From Candidatus Latescibacterota bacterium (GTDB lineage Bacteria; Latescibacterota; CBDEFO01), in the NCBI GenBank assembly GCA_965237525.1, contig CBDEFO010000003.1, positions 384,001 to 448,000 on the forward strand: a DNA stretch of 64,000 nucleotides, in the 5' to 3' direction. This document shows positions 31,349-40,990 of this stretch, piece by piece (positions within the stretch are counted from its first letter, which is position 1; each line of letters begins with the position of its first letter). The position numbers and the translations under genes were made by a program. Below the pieces are notes generated by a model that saw only the letters and a list, made by a program, of their open reading frames with translations, was not told the DNA's origin and searched no databases.

Positions 31349-33124
31349 ATGGAGAAAAGCTATTTCAAACTTTACATAAGGCTCGTAAAGGAATTCCTAC
31401 TTCCATATTGGAAGGCTATAGTCACAGCGCTTGTGTGTATGTTCTGTATATCGGGGCTGAACGTGATTCCGGCTCTGTCGGTAAAGTTTCTGATCGACGA
31501 TATTATTCCCGATAAGGATTTGACTTTGCTCGGTCTCCTTGCCGGGGCTCTTGTTGTAGCCTATACTTTGAGGGCTATCACCGAGTTCGGTCAGGATTAT
31601 CTAGCTCACAGGGTCGCCGAACTAGTGATGTTCGATCTGAGGGTGCAGGTATACGGACACATTCAAAAGCTTTCGTCTAATTTCTTCAGGAACAGGCGCA
31701 CAGGTGAGATCATGTCGAGGATAATCAACGACATCGATTCTCTAAGGGATATGTTAGCTCACAGCGGTGATGCCATTGTAACTCAGAGTTTGAATGTTTT
31801 AGTCGTGGCTGCGGTTCTTTTCACACTCCAATGGAAACTTGCGCTCTTTACGTTGATTCCAATTCCTCTCACTATCATTTTGGTCCTCTACTTTAATAAG
31901 GCTGTGCGTCAGGTGTACCAAAATGTGCGGGAAAAACTTGCGGACGTAAACGCAAGGCTTCTGGATAACTTATCGGGGATAGAGGTTATAAAGTCGTTTG
32001 TAATGGAGAGGCGGGAATTGAACAGATTTGCAGCGGAGAGCAAAGACTATTTCAATGAAAATATGGTAGCTATAAAGCTATGGGCATATATATTTCCGAC
32101 TATGATATTTGTCGTGGGTATTGGATCAGTGATAGTGATTTGGTACGGCGGAGGTCAGGTTATAAGTGGGGAGCTTACTGTGGGTAGCCTTGTAGCGTTT
32201 TCGGCTTTGGCTTGGAGGCTGTACTGGCCCCTTATGGACCTAGGTAGAGAGAACGAGAAGATTCAAAAGGCGATGGCGGCTGTGAAGAGGATATTTGAGC
32301 TTTTAGATACCGAGCCTGAGATAAAGGACTCGCCTTCTGCGGTGGAGCTTACCCACCCCCGATTGAATCTATCGGGTGTTAAAGGGGAGATTGAGTTCCG
32401 TGGAGTCTCGTTCGCGTACGACAGGGATTGCGTTCTCAAAAATATACATCTGAAGATCGAGCCTGGGGAAATCATCGCACTTGTGGGTCCAAGCGGTGTG
32501 GGAAAGACTACTCTGGCGGGATTGATCCCGAGGTTCTACGATCCCGATGAGGGCACGGTTTCGATATACGGTATAGACATTAAAGGGATAAAGCTTGAGT
32601 CCTTGAGGAGCAATATCGGGATTGTGCATCAAGAGACGTTCCTTTTCAATGGGACGATAGCAGAAAACGTAGGCTACGGGAAGATAAGTGCCTCTTTAGA
32701 CGAGGTAGTTGAAGCTGCAAAGGCGGCGAATATATACGATTTTGTATCCGAACTCCCCGATGGGTTTGACACTGTGGTGGGAGAAAGAGGAGTCAAACTT
32801 TCGGGGGGACAGAAGCAGAGGATAGCTATCGCAAGGGCTATTTTGAAGGACCCACCCATACTGATTTTAGATGAGGCGACTTCATCTGTAGATACCGAGT
32901 CGGAACAGCTTATACAGCAGAGCTTGTCTCTCCTTTTGAAGGATAGGATGACCCTCATAATCGCTCACAGGTTAGCTACGATCAAGTCAGCCCACAGGAT
33001 AGTGGTCTTAAAGGATGGAGAGATAGAGGAGATAGGGTCTCATTTTGAACTGATAGAGAACGGCGGCGCGTACAGACGTCTCTACGAGGCGCAGTTCGGC
33101 AGCCGAGAAGCGGTGGTGGAGTAG
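31349..33124 (+). CDS. ABC exporter, permease + ATPase (MsbA-like)
   Basis: Six-TM domain, GPSGVGKT, LSGGQKQR, DEATS; carries a 7-aa palindrome-derived insert. Confidence 0.95.
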   Translation: MEKSYFKLYIRLVKEFLLPYWKAIVTALVCMFCISGLNVIPALSVKFLIDDIIPDKDLTLLGLLAGALVVAYTLRAITEFGQDYLAHRVAELVMFDLRVQVYGHIQKLSSNFFRNRRTGEIMSRIINDIDSLRDMLAHSGDAIVTQSLNVLVVAAVLFTLQWKLALFTLIPIPLTIILVLYFNKAVRQVYQNVREKLADVNARLLDNLSGIEVIKSFVMERRELNRFAAESKDYFNENMVAIKLWAYIFPTMIFVVGIGSVIVIWYGGGQVISGELTVGSLVAFSALAWRLYWPLMDLGRENEKIQKAMAAVKRIFELLDTEPEIKDSPSAVELTHPRLNLSGVKGEIEFRGVSFAYDRDCVLKNIHLKIEPGEIIALVGPSGVGKTTLAGLIPRFYDPDEGTVSIYGIDIKGIKLESLRSNIGIVHQETFLFNGTIAENVGYGKISASLDEVVEAAKAANIYDFVSELPDGFDTVVGERGVKLSGGQKQRIAIARAILKDPPILILDEATSSVDTESEQLIQQSLSLLLKDRMTLIIAHRLATIKSAHRIVVLKDGEIEEIGSHFELIENGGAYRRLYEAQFGSREAVVE

Positions 33125-33154
33125 TAATCTTACATTAATGCTAATTACATTTTG

Positions 33155-33236
33155 GTACTTATCAGAGATAGACTCTACCGCAAAGAGAAGGCCCCTCCGA
33201 CCGTGGAAGGGCCTTTGTTCTATTCCTTACATGTAC
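33155..33236. mobile_element. MITE-like hairpin element, copy A
   Basis: AAGGCCCCTCC-GACCGT-GGAAGGGCCTT core, similar to 33788-33875. Confidence 0.55.
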
Positions 33237-33389
33237 GGCCCATGTAGTTTTGAGCTTTATGACGTACTGGAGAGTTGATCTTATATCTCAAGCCCCACAT
33301 CCTGTGCCCCAGTGGGCACGGTACTTTCTTACTGCCAGATCTAGCGTATTGCCGCCGAAAGCGTTGCACTATCTTCTTTGCTTCTTCTC

Positions 33390-33959
33390 TTAAACCAGCA
33401 CGTCCTCAATCTTATCCAGGAAGTATATGTCGGGCTGGTCAGCAAGCGAGTTCCGGAGATGATTACCAGCATTAGTTCTGCTTTGAATAGCGACCTTCTT
33501 GCAAATGCAATAAAGCAGTGTGTTAATACGCTTGTACAACTAGATTTCCGAGCCCCATACTATCAGGGAAATTCGGAGGCGTTGTTACTACTTCATCCCG
33601 GGAACTTTGTCTTCGTCGAGTCCCGTTCCAATCCTACTATCCTGCATATTAGCTCCAACGGTACCCCCGAGTGGATCCACCGACCGTACTGCCGAGCCTT
33701 CTCCAGATCATCCCACTCAAAGAGGATATTACTTCGAGCTCATTGGGGTCATCAGCACTGCGGAAGAGGTGTCCCCCTTTGGAACCTCGACAAGTTGCCG
33801 GATATAGAGACCATCCAACAAATAGGCCCCTCCGATGGTGGAAGGGGCCTTCTTCTATCCACTTCTTACTTGTCAGCTACGTGTTGCTCCGTGCTCATCG
33901 AATATAGGCTTCCATGTGGCGTAATCCTCGACTTTATGGCGGACAAGTACGTCCGGCAT
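33390..33959 (-). pseudogene. Small cyclase/ABM-like protein broken into three pieces
   Basis: MPDVLVRHKVEDYATWKPIFDEHGATRS / GSKGGHLFRSADDPNEL..ILFEWDDLEKARQY / LADQPDIYFLDKIEDVLV*; RBS GGAGGT; promoter TTGACA-17bp-TATCTT at 34014-34042. Confidence 0.8.
33788..33875. mobile_element. MITE-like element, copy B, inserted in the cyclase gene
   Basis: GACAAGT...ACTTGTC ends; internal AGGCCCCTCC-GATGGT-GGAAGGGGCCT hairpin. Confidence 0.65.
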
Positions 33960-34114
33960 GGTATATCACCTCCATTTCTGTAGGTATTCTGATAACTACA
34001 GTAAAATTTCTTCAAGATATACCATGTCTCAGCGATTGTCAACGGAAAACTCACCCCGATAGACAAAAAAAGCTAAAACCGTGACAGCTCCCTAACTTAG
34101 AAAAAAACGGTCTT

Positions 34115-34804
34115 TCACGAATCAACCCTTCCTTTTACAGCTCTGAAGAGTCCTCGTGCGGCCCTCTGCGTGGTTTGCTGCCGGCGCCCTGTCCACCCCA
34201 CCCACGCTTGATCTTCTACGTTTATGCCCGCGCTTTGAAACTCACAGACTAAGTCATTAACTATGTAGCTGCGAAAGCCCGGAGATTCCAGAAATTCAAA
34301 CGAAATAACACCCAGAGTTATCCATCTTTTGAGTCCTCCCTCAGGTATCCAGTAATCGCCTACGACCACTCTCTTCTTTGCTATACGGGCCATCTCTTTG
34401 AGCACTTTCATCCTCTCATTATCCCACATCTCGTGCAGCGACATTGACATTACAACGTGATCGAAGCTCTTATCTCTAAACCCTAACTCCCTTGCGTCCA
34501 TCTGATAAAACTGAGGTATCTTTACGTTTGAACCTTGTATATGCGAAGCCTTCGATCTTGCCACATTTAGCATAGCCTCGGACATATCGACTCCCACGAC
34601 CTTGGCCCCTTCAAGTGCAGAAAGATATGCCACACCGCCTGTCCCTGTACATACATCCAGAAGCTTATCCCCCGGCTCGACTCCCGCCAATCGGACGATT
34701 TCCCTCCACAACGGGTGTAAAACCCGTCCTATCCTGTCATAGTGCTTTGCCACCCTGTTGAAGAGGCGATACGGCTCTGTGCGCTTATGTACAGTTGAAT
34801 CCAT
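34115..34804 (-). CDS. Class I SAM-dependent methyltransferase (UbiE-like)
   Basis: LLDVCTGTG, GVDMSEAML, DARELGF. Confidence 0.88.
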   Translation of the reverse strand: MDSTVHKRTEPYRLFNRVAKHYDRIGRVLHPLWREIVRLAGVEPGDKLLDVCTGTGGVAYLSALEGAKVVGVDMSEAMLNVARSKASHIQGSNVKIPQFYQMDARELGFRDKSFDHVVMSMSLHEMWDNERMKVLKEMARIAKKRVVVGDYWIPEGGLKRWITLGVISFEFLESPGFRSYIVNDLVCEFQSAGINVEDQAWVGWTGRRQQTTQRAARGLFRAVKGRVDS

Positions 34805-34814
34805 GTATTCTGAG

Positions 34815-36017
34815 CTATTGACTTTTTCCTTTCAATATCGAATCTGAGATCCTCTCTAACGCATCCAAGAGTATTTCTATATCCTCATCAGAATGGGTAG
34901 CCATAAGGCTGAGCCTGAGACGGCTCGTCCCCTCTTTGACAGTAGGAGGACGTACCCCCCAAAGGAATATTCCCATTTCCAGGAGATTTAACCCCACCTC
35001 CATAGCCCGCTCAGCGTCACCTACAAAGATGGGGATAATCTGAGACTCTGAGCCCATAGTATCCAGACCCATCTTTTGGAGCTTTTGTTTGACTGTGCTT
35101 ACGTTCTTCCACAACTTGGCTCTCAGGTGAGGCTCCCTTTCGACCAGATCAAGCGCGGCTATCGTTGAGGCGCACATCTCAGGCGGCAGTGCTGTGGTAT
35201 ATATGTAGCTTTTGGATCTGTTCCGCAAAAAATCGACTAATTCCCCACTCCCTGCTATGAAGCCCCCAAACGTCCCTAAAGCCTTGCTTAAAGAACCCAT
35301 ATAGACAGGGATTTTGTTTTCTACTTTCAGGCTCTCTGTAACTCCTTTTCCCTTTTCTCCAAAGACGCCCAAGCCGTGTGCTTCGTCCACCATAAGGGAT
35401 GCTCCGTACCTTTCGCAAAGGTCGGCAATCTCTCTCAAAGGCGCAATGTCTCCGTCCATCGAAAAGACGCTGTCCGTTACCACAAGCCGTCTTCTGAATT
35501 TCTGTGCTCTTGTCAGAACTTTTTCCAGGTCATCTAAATCCTGATGCTTATACACTAGCACTTTAGCTCTGGACGTCCAGCATGCCTCGATTATGCTGGC
35601 ATGGTTCTGCCTGTCTATAATAACAGTGTCGCCTTCTTGTACGAGCGATGTAATGGCACCTAAATTTGCTGTGTATCCCGATGGGAAGAGAATGGAATCC
35701 TCAAGTCCCAAGAACTCTGCTAATCTTTCTTCTAAATGGCGATGTATCTTCGTAGTTCCTGAAATGAGCCTCGACGACGCCGTGCTGCACCCGTATTCCT
35801 CCAGAGTCTCTATTGCAGCCTCCTTCAGCTCAGGACGGTCGGCAAGACCCAAATAGTTATTCGAGCAGAAGACTATGACCTCTTTACCGTCTACTATCGC
35901 TCTTTCTCTACAAGATCCCGAGATTATGAGTTCCCGTCGATAGAGGCCCTTTTCTTTAATCTGTCTAAGTTCGTCCTTTAGAAAATCGAGCATCCTCTCC
36001 CCCTGTCTATTGGGCAA
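34815..36017 (-). CDS. bioF: 8-amino-7-oxononanoate synthase
   Basis: FCSNNYLGL, SRLISG, NHASI, FSMDGD, DEAHG, SLSKA. Confidence 0.88.
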   Translation of the reverse strand: MPNRQGERMLDFLKDELRQIKEKGLYRRELIISGSCRERAIVDGKEVIVFCSNNYLGLADRPELKEAAIETLEEYGCSTASSRLISGTTKIHRHLEERLAEFLGLEDSILFPSGYTANLGAITSLVQEGDTVIIDRQNHASIIEACWTSRAKVLVYKHQDLDDLEKVLTRAQKFRRRLVVTDSVFSMDGDIAPLREIADLCERYGASLMVDEAHGLGVFGEKGKGVTESLKVENKIPVYMGSLSKALGTFGGFIAGSGELVDFLRNRSKSYIYTTALPPEMCASTIAALDLVEREPHLRAKLWKNVSTVKQKLQKMGLDTMGSESQIIPIFVGDAERAMEVGLNLLEMGIFLWGVRPPTVKEGTSRLRLSLMATHSDEDIEILLDALERISDSILKGKSQ

Positions 36018-36058
36018 ACACGCGGATTCGCCCCTACGTGCCTTTCCCTGTCTACTGT

Positions 36059-37834
36059 CTAACCAGAGAGAATGTCTGTTCTACTGTCTACTTTCTTTTG
36101 GGTCCACCAGGTAAAGTCCACATCCTCAAAGAGGCTGTCCTGTTCCTTACAGGACTCCAAGAATGCCTTATCTTCGTCGGTTATTTCTTTGTTCTTTTCG
36201 GCCATATCACAGAGGCGTTTGAAGTTCTCATAGTGCAGACTTGTCCTCGCCTCAGCGTAATCCCTTGCGTGCCACGTGCTGATTAAAAACTGCCAGTCAC
36301 TGCTTTGCAAAAGGAGGAGCTCCACAGCCGCCTGGTCTAATAGCTCTTTTAGCTGATCGTCTTCCGTCCCTTCGAATTTACCAGCCAGCTCTTCGAACCT
36401 TTCTTCCGCCTCGTAGATGTACTTCCACGTCCATTTGGTCCAATCGTTCAGCCATATATAGTGAAATCCTCCTTCGCCCCAACTGCCTTCGGGTATGTGC
36501 ACAACCGCTTTGGGGCTGTGACTTTCAAGGTACTCACCGCAGGTGGCTGGGTCAATTTGGCTATCGTTGTGGAGCTTCTTTAGGACTCTGTAGATCCACC
36601 TTGGACCCTCAAACCACCAGTGACCGAAGAGTTCTCCGTCGTAGGGAGCGACTATGATCCCTTCGTCCTCATTGTAATCGGATAGTATCCCCTTAGCAAG
36701 CTCCACAAAGTGATCGGTTTGATTTTCCAAGATTTCATCTATCCTTGCTGGCTCGTACTCTTGTTTGTCGCCTAAATCAGCGTTAGTGTCTGTTACCCTC
36801 CAGTATCTGTGTCCTCCCGGAAAGTGTTTTTTGTGAAAGTCCAGATAGTCGCCGTCCCCCGGATAGCCCGATTCACCGCTCCAGACCTGAAGTGCTGTCT
36901 TTGGGTCTCTGGCAAATATGCCGACAGGCTTGTCCCCTCCCGGAGAACTTGCCAGATAGTAGGCGTAAGGTGTTTTTTCTCTATCCTCCTCTTTGGGCTG
37001 ATAAGATCTGGCGAACTGCTCCCACAATCTCTTGAGGGCCTCAAACCTGTCTATATAGACGCCTACAGCTTTCCCTCCTCTCAGAAGGTGCGAATCTATT
37101 ATAAAATACTCTATCCCCTCATCGAAAAGGAATTCCTCCACTCCCGCTCTTAAGGTTTTCTGACCTCCGCCCTCTTCAAGGGGCGATGCCCACTCGTATC
37201 TGGGTCTGTAAGCGCACTCTGGGAGCCAGATCCCTCGGGGTCTTCTCCCGAAATGCCTTTCGTAGGTAGTCACTCCCCCTCGTATCTGAGCTCGCACCGA
37301 GGAATCCCTCCCCAGAAGGGGGAGATACCCGTGTGTGGCAGCCGATGTGATGATCTCTATATGCCCGTCGTCCTGGAGCTTTCTGAACGCGCTTGTGATG
37401 TCTGTCTTGTATCTGTTCTCAAAATGATCTCCTACCCTCCCGTAGAAGTCGATCCAACATTGCGCAAGATACGCTTTGTGACCGTCTCCATATCTTTGGA
37501 ATTCATCCCTATCGGTCTGAGCCGACTCTATCTTCTGCTTAAGGTATCCCTCGAAGTTCTGCTTGAATCTCCTGTCCTTAAGCTGCTCGCATAATACCGG
37601 GGTCAAGCCCACTGTGATCTTGGGAGAAATGCCTTCAGCTTCAAGGTCGTACAGCGCATCTAGGACGGGGATGTAGGTCTCCGAAGCGGCCTCATTCAGC
37701 CAATCTAAGCCGTGAGGCCATCGTCCGTGCGATATGACGTAGGGAAGATGGTTGTGCAAAACCAAAGCGAAGTAACCTTTTGCCATTAAAATCGTCTCCT
37801 GGTTTAGTAGGGTCGAACCCAAGTGTTCACCCAA
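36059..37834 (-). CDS. GH57 1,4-alpha-glucan branching enzyme (DUF1957)
   Basis: LHNHLPY, ETYIP, THGYLPL, WLPECAY, DGELFGHWWFEG, QSSDWQF. Confidence 0.93.
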   Translation of the reverse strand: MGEHLGSTLLNQETILMAKGYFALVLHNHLPYVISHGRWPHGLDWLNEAASETYIPVLDALYDLEAEGISPKITVGLTPVLCEQLKDRRFKQNFEGYLKQKIESAQTDRDEFQRYGDGHKAYLAQCWIDFYGRVGDHFENRYKTDITSAFRKLQDDGHIEIITSAATHGYLPLLGRDSSVRAQIRGGVTTYERHFGRRPRGIWLPECAYRPRYEWASPLEEGGGQKTLRAGVEEFLFDEGIEYFIIDSHLLRGGKAVGVYIDRFEALKRLWEQFARSYQPKEEDREKTPYAYYLASSPGGDKPVGIFARDPKTALQVWSGESGYPGDGDYLDFHKKHFPGGHRYWRVTDTNADLGDKQEYEPARIDEILENQTDHFVELAKGILSDYNEDEGIIVAPYDGELFGHWWFEGPRWIYRVLKKLHNDSQIDPATCGEYLESHSPKAVVHIPEGSWGEGGFHYIWLNDWTKWTWKYIYEAEERFEELAGKFEGTEDDQLKELLDQAAVELLLLQSSDWQFLISTWHARDYAEARTSLHYENFKRLCDMAEKNKEITDEDKAFLESCKEQDSLFEDVDFTWWTQKKVDSRTDILSG

Positions 37835-37955
37835 TTTTCAGGGCAGACACGCGGGTCTGCCCCTACAGATTCTTACTGCCTACCTGAAGCCTGCTATTCT
37901 ACGACATTTCTTGGCTGGCCCTCCCTTTGGCTCTGGGCTTCCTCGACCCCCGATC

Positions 37956-39410
37956 TTATACTTCTTTTTCCTTCCATTTGCCTCTCTTGAACCAGTATAT
38001 CATTAACGACCCTCTAACAATCCCTGTGACGCTGATGGCCCATCAGACGCCGTTTATGCCCAGGGGGATCGAAAAATAATGTGCAAGGGGGATTCTGGCT
38101 ATATTCAACGGAACCGAGATTACGGTTGGCGGGATAGTATCTCCCGCTCCTCCGAACGCTCCCTCCAAAACCGATTCAATTCCCATGAAGATCTCCGCGA
38201 TTGCGATGATCTTTAGATAATTGGAGCCAATTCTTACAACTTCCGAATCCGATATAAAAATCGAGATAATGTAAGCTGGCAAGGTAAGATATATGACGGC
38301 GAAAAAACCGTTTATTACCGAGAGTATGCCACAGGTCTGCCAGGCCGTGGACTCTGCTCTTCGGGGTTTGCCCGCTCCCATGTTCTGTCCTACCAGAGTC
38401 GAAACTGCTGTGGAAAACGCTATGGCTATCATGTAGGATATAGACTGGACCTTATGTCCTGCTCCGAGAGCCGCTACTGCCTCTGTCCCGAATTTAGTTG
38501 TGATTTTGGTCAAGAAGATGAAGACGATGCATATCAAAAATCCCGCTACAGCTACCGGTATTCCTATCCTCAGTATCCTCCACATCAACTTCAAGTCGAG
38601 CTTTTTACCGCCAAACGATATTTGGATTGTCTTGGCTCTGCTCAAGAGGATGTAGAAAGCCACGATGATTCCTGTCGCTCTGGAGATGACAGTAGCAAGG
38701 GCGGCCCCCGCCACTTCCATCCTCGGAAAGGGTCCCAGGCCGAAGATTAAAAATGGGTCCAGTGCGGCATTCAAAAGGACTGACATAAAGAGCACTTTCA
38801 TAGGAGTCTTCGTATCACCGCTTCCCCGAAAGATAGCATTTATCGTCGTAAAGAGGAAGATCGTTAAGACTCCCCCAAAGATCGTGCGCAGGTACCCTGT
38901 ACCCATGGAGGTTACATCTTCGGCAGTGCCCATAAGGTCAAAAAGAGAAAAGCTGAAGTAAAGCCCCAGAGTCCCCACGATCGCAGAAAATATGACACAA
39001 AGGACTAACCCCTGGCCGGCCACGTAGGAAGCCGTCTTTGTGTCGCCTGACCCCGTACACCGCGCCACCATTGCTGTTACTCCTACAGCGATCATCTCCG
39101 TCAGTGCAAATACGCTCCAGACTACGAATCCGGCAGTGCTGACAGCCGCCAGGGCAGCCGGACCCAATCTCCCGACCCAAATGGCATCTACTATATTGAA
39201 GGCGGTCTGAAGGAGCATAGAGACCACGATGGGCCATGCTAAAAACACTATGTTTTTAGATATGTTCCCTGTAATTAGTCTGTTATCCGCAGTCTTTTGC
39301 AATGTTTCTTGCAAAGCTTCTTTCCTCTGTCTATAAAGAAAAGTTGCTGTATCCTCTTTGCTTGATACTCGACTCCCTGTCTGATAGTTTCTCGCATCAA
39401 ATAATAACAA
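37956..39410 (-). pseudogene. MATE efflux transporter with in-frame TGA 28 codons before the natural end
   Basis: Typical MATE motifs (GSGDTKTP, GQNMGAG); GINGV*WAISVTG...WFKRGKWKEKEV* continues in frame. Confidence 0.8.
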
Positions 39411-39539
39411 TGGCGGAAGACAAAGTCAATCAAAATGCAGAAAGATTCCACAAATCCCTAAGTACAGTTGACCTCTGGCAAGATCGGGGCAGCTTTAGGA
39501 ACACAATTCATAAGGCAAGATTGAAACTCTCTTCATAAG

Positions 39540-39720
39540 GAAGATTAAGATGTAGTGGCATAACGTGTGGCCACTGCAAGCAGACGGTGCGGGAGGAATT
39601 GCCGGGGCAACAAAAAGGTCGTAGGTGACCTTGCCATCCCTGATCGATTCTATCGGGGAAGAACCTTTTGGGGGACAAAGGAATTGGAGGTCTTAAAAAA
39701 AGCCGTGGCAGATGATAAAA
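39540..39720 (+). pseudogene. HMA/CopZ-like metal chaperone remnant
   Basis: SGITCGHCKQTV motif; LEVLKKAV in another frame; 21-bp palindrome at 39638. Confidence 0.55.
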
Positions 39721-39826
39721 GCGGAAAAGTGAAGATCACTGTCGAAAAGGAAGGTGCTCCTGACGCAGATCTAATTGGAAATCTGAACACGCACGATATG
39801 CCGAGCAATTCTAGTGCCGGACGAAG

Positions 39827-40936
39827 CTAGGCGATTAGCTGATCTGCAAGCTCACGGTACTGCCCGGCGAGTGTTGGCAGCCTCTGTGTGTCACGTTCAA
39901 TCATCGACGCGACTTTGGGCTGCACCGTCAATCGATCTTCGAGGAATACAGAACTGCACGCTTTATGAAGGTAGTTAACCAATCCAAGCTCCAAGTCTTC
40001 GCGCGTCAGTGTTGCTTTCTTTCTGTACGCGTGTATGAAGTGAGACGCCTTTTCCACGTTCGAAGGGCCAAAACCTGAATTGAAGCACGCAAGCATTATG
40101 AACATCACCACATCCTCGACTGCGTGACCAGTCCGAACGTCTTCGAGGTCAAGCAGGGCGGTCACATCGCCATCGCTGTTGAATAGCAGGTTCTCGTTAT
40201 GGTAGTCACCATGGATTAGCGTGGATGACCCAACCGCCATATTTTCAGCTTCTCGAAGTCTCGTCAGTATTTTCGCCTTAATCGTCAATAAACGGGTGAC
40301 GAGATCTGCACTGTCTTTCCGTTGGAATTTCCGCATTGTTCGATGCAAGCGTCTCATTGCGGTCGAATGGTCTGTGCGCTGCTGATCCGAAGACTCAAGC
40401 CGTAGATAAGAGGAAGCGCGGAGCTCGTGCAGCTTGACCAAGAGTGCCGCAGCTTTGCTGAGCGAGTTCTGTGTTAGCGAGCGTTCGTGCAGGGTAACGC
40501 CAGGGACTAATGGATATAGTGCGTACATTCTTCCTTGAATGAGAGCGTGACGGTCACCGGTGACGCTTTCAACAGGCTCAACAACCGGTATGCCGTTGTT
40601 CTTAAGGAATATAGTAACTGCCTCAAGTCTCAGTGACGTTGCTACTGAACCCTGATATCGTTTCAGAATCAGCTCACGCTCACCACATCTGACGACGTAG
40701 TTTTCTGCGGATACGCCACCCGCATACTTAACGACACTGATGTCCGAGGTAGCGTATTTCTCGCACAGCTCCCGAATTATACTGTGGCCCAAATATCTTA
40801 TCGTGTCCCTGCGTTCGCGAGGATCATCTCGGGGACACGGCATTCCCTGGCCATGGCCCACTTTCCGCGGTAAACTCCAAGATCGAGTTTCTGATCTAAT
40901 CTGCGACTTCTCCCTATAAAAGCTAAGGTAATGCAT
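39827..40936 (-). CDS. Aminoglycoside/homoserine-kinase-type-II-like phosphotransferase
   Basis: IHGDYHNENLLF..LLDLE; the annotated N-terminus is probably over-extended. Confidence 0.8.
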   Translation of the reverse strand: MHYLSFYREKSQIRSETRSWSLPRKVGHGQGMPCPRDDPRERRDTIRYLGHSIIRELCEKYATSDISVVKYAGGVSAENYVVRCGERELILKRYQGSVATSLRLEAVTIFLKNNGIPVVEPVESVTGDRHALIQGRMYALYPLVPGVTLHERSLTQNSLSKAAALLVKLHELRASSYLRLESSDQQRTDHSTAMRRLHRTMRKFQRKDSADLVTRLLTIKAKILTRLREAENMAVGSSTLIHGDYHNENLLFNSDGDVTALLDLEDVRTGHAVEDVVMFIMLACFNSGFGPSNVEKASHFIHAYRKKATLTREDLELGLVNYLHKACSSVFLEDRLTVQPKVASMIERDTQRLPTLAGQYRELADQLIA

Positions 40937-40990
40937 AACTAAGGTTGCACTAATTTAGCTCTTGGACAGCTTGTTGATAGAGTAGTTTTC

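Noticed and set aside
33378..33983. 201-aa plus-strand ORF
   Set aside because: It is the antisense shadow of the broken cyclase-like gene, which has the RBS and promoter on the minus strand.
7665..38045. UGA recoding (Trp or selenocysteine) suggested by in-frame TGAs
   Set aside because: TGA is the evident stop of ispDF, holA, the XRE gene and others. The two sites are Trp rather than Cys positions, and no SECIS-like hairpin was evident.
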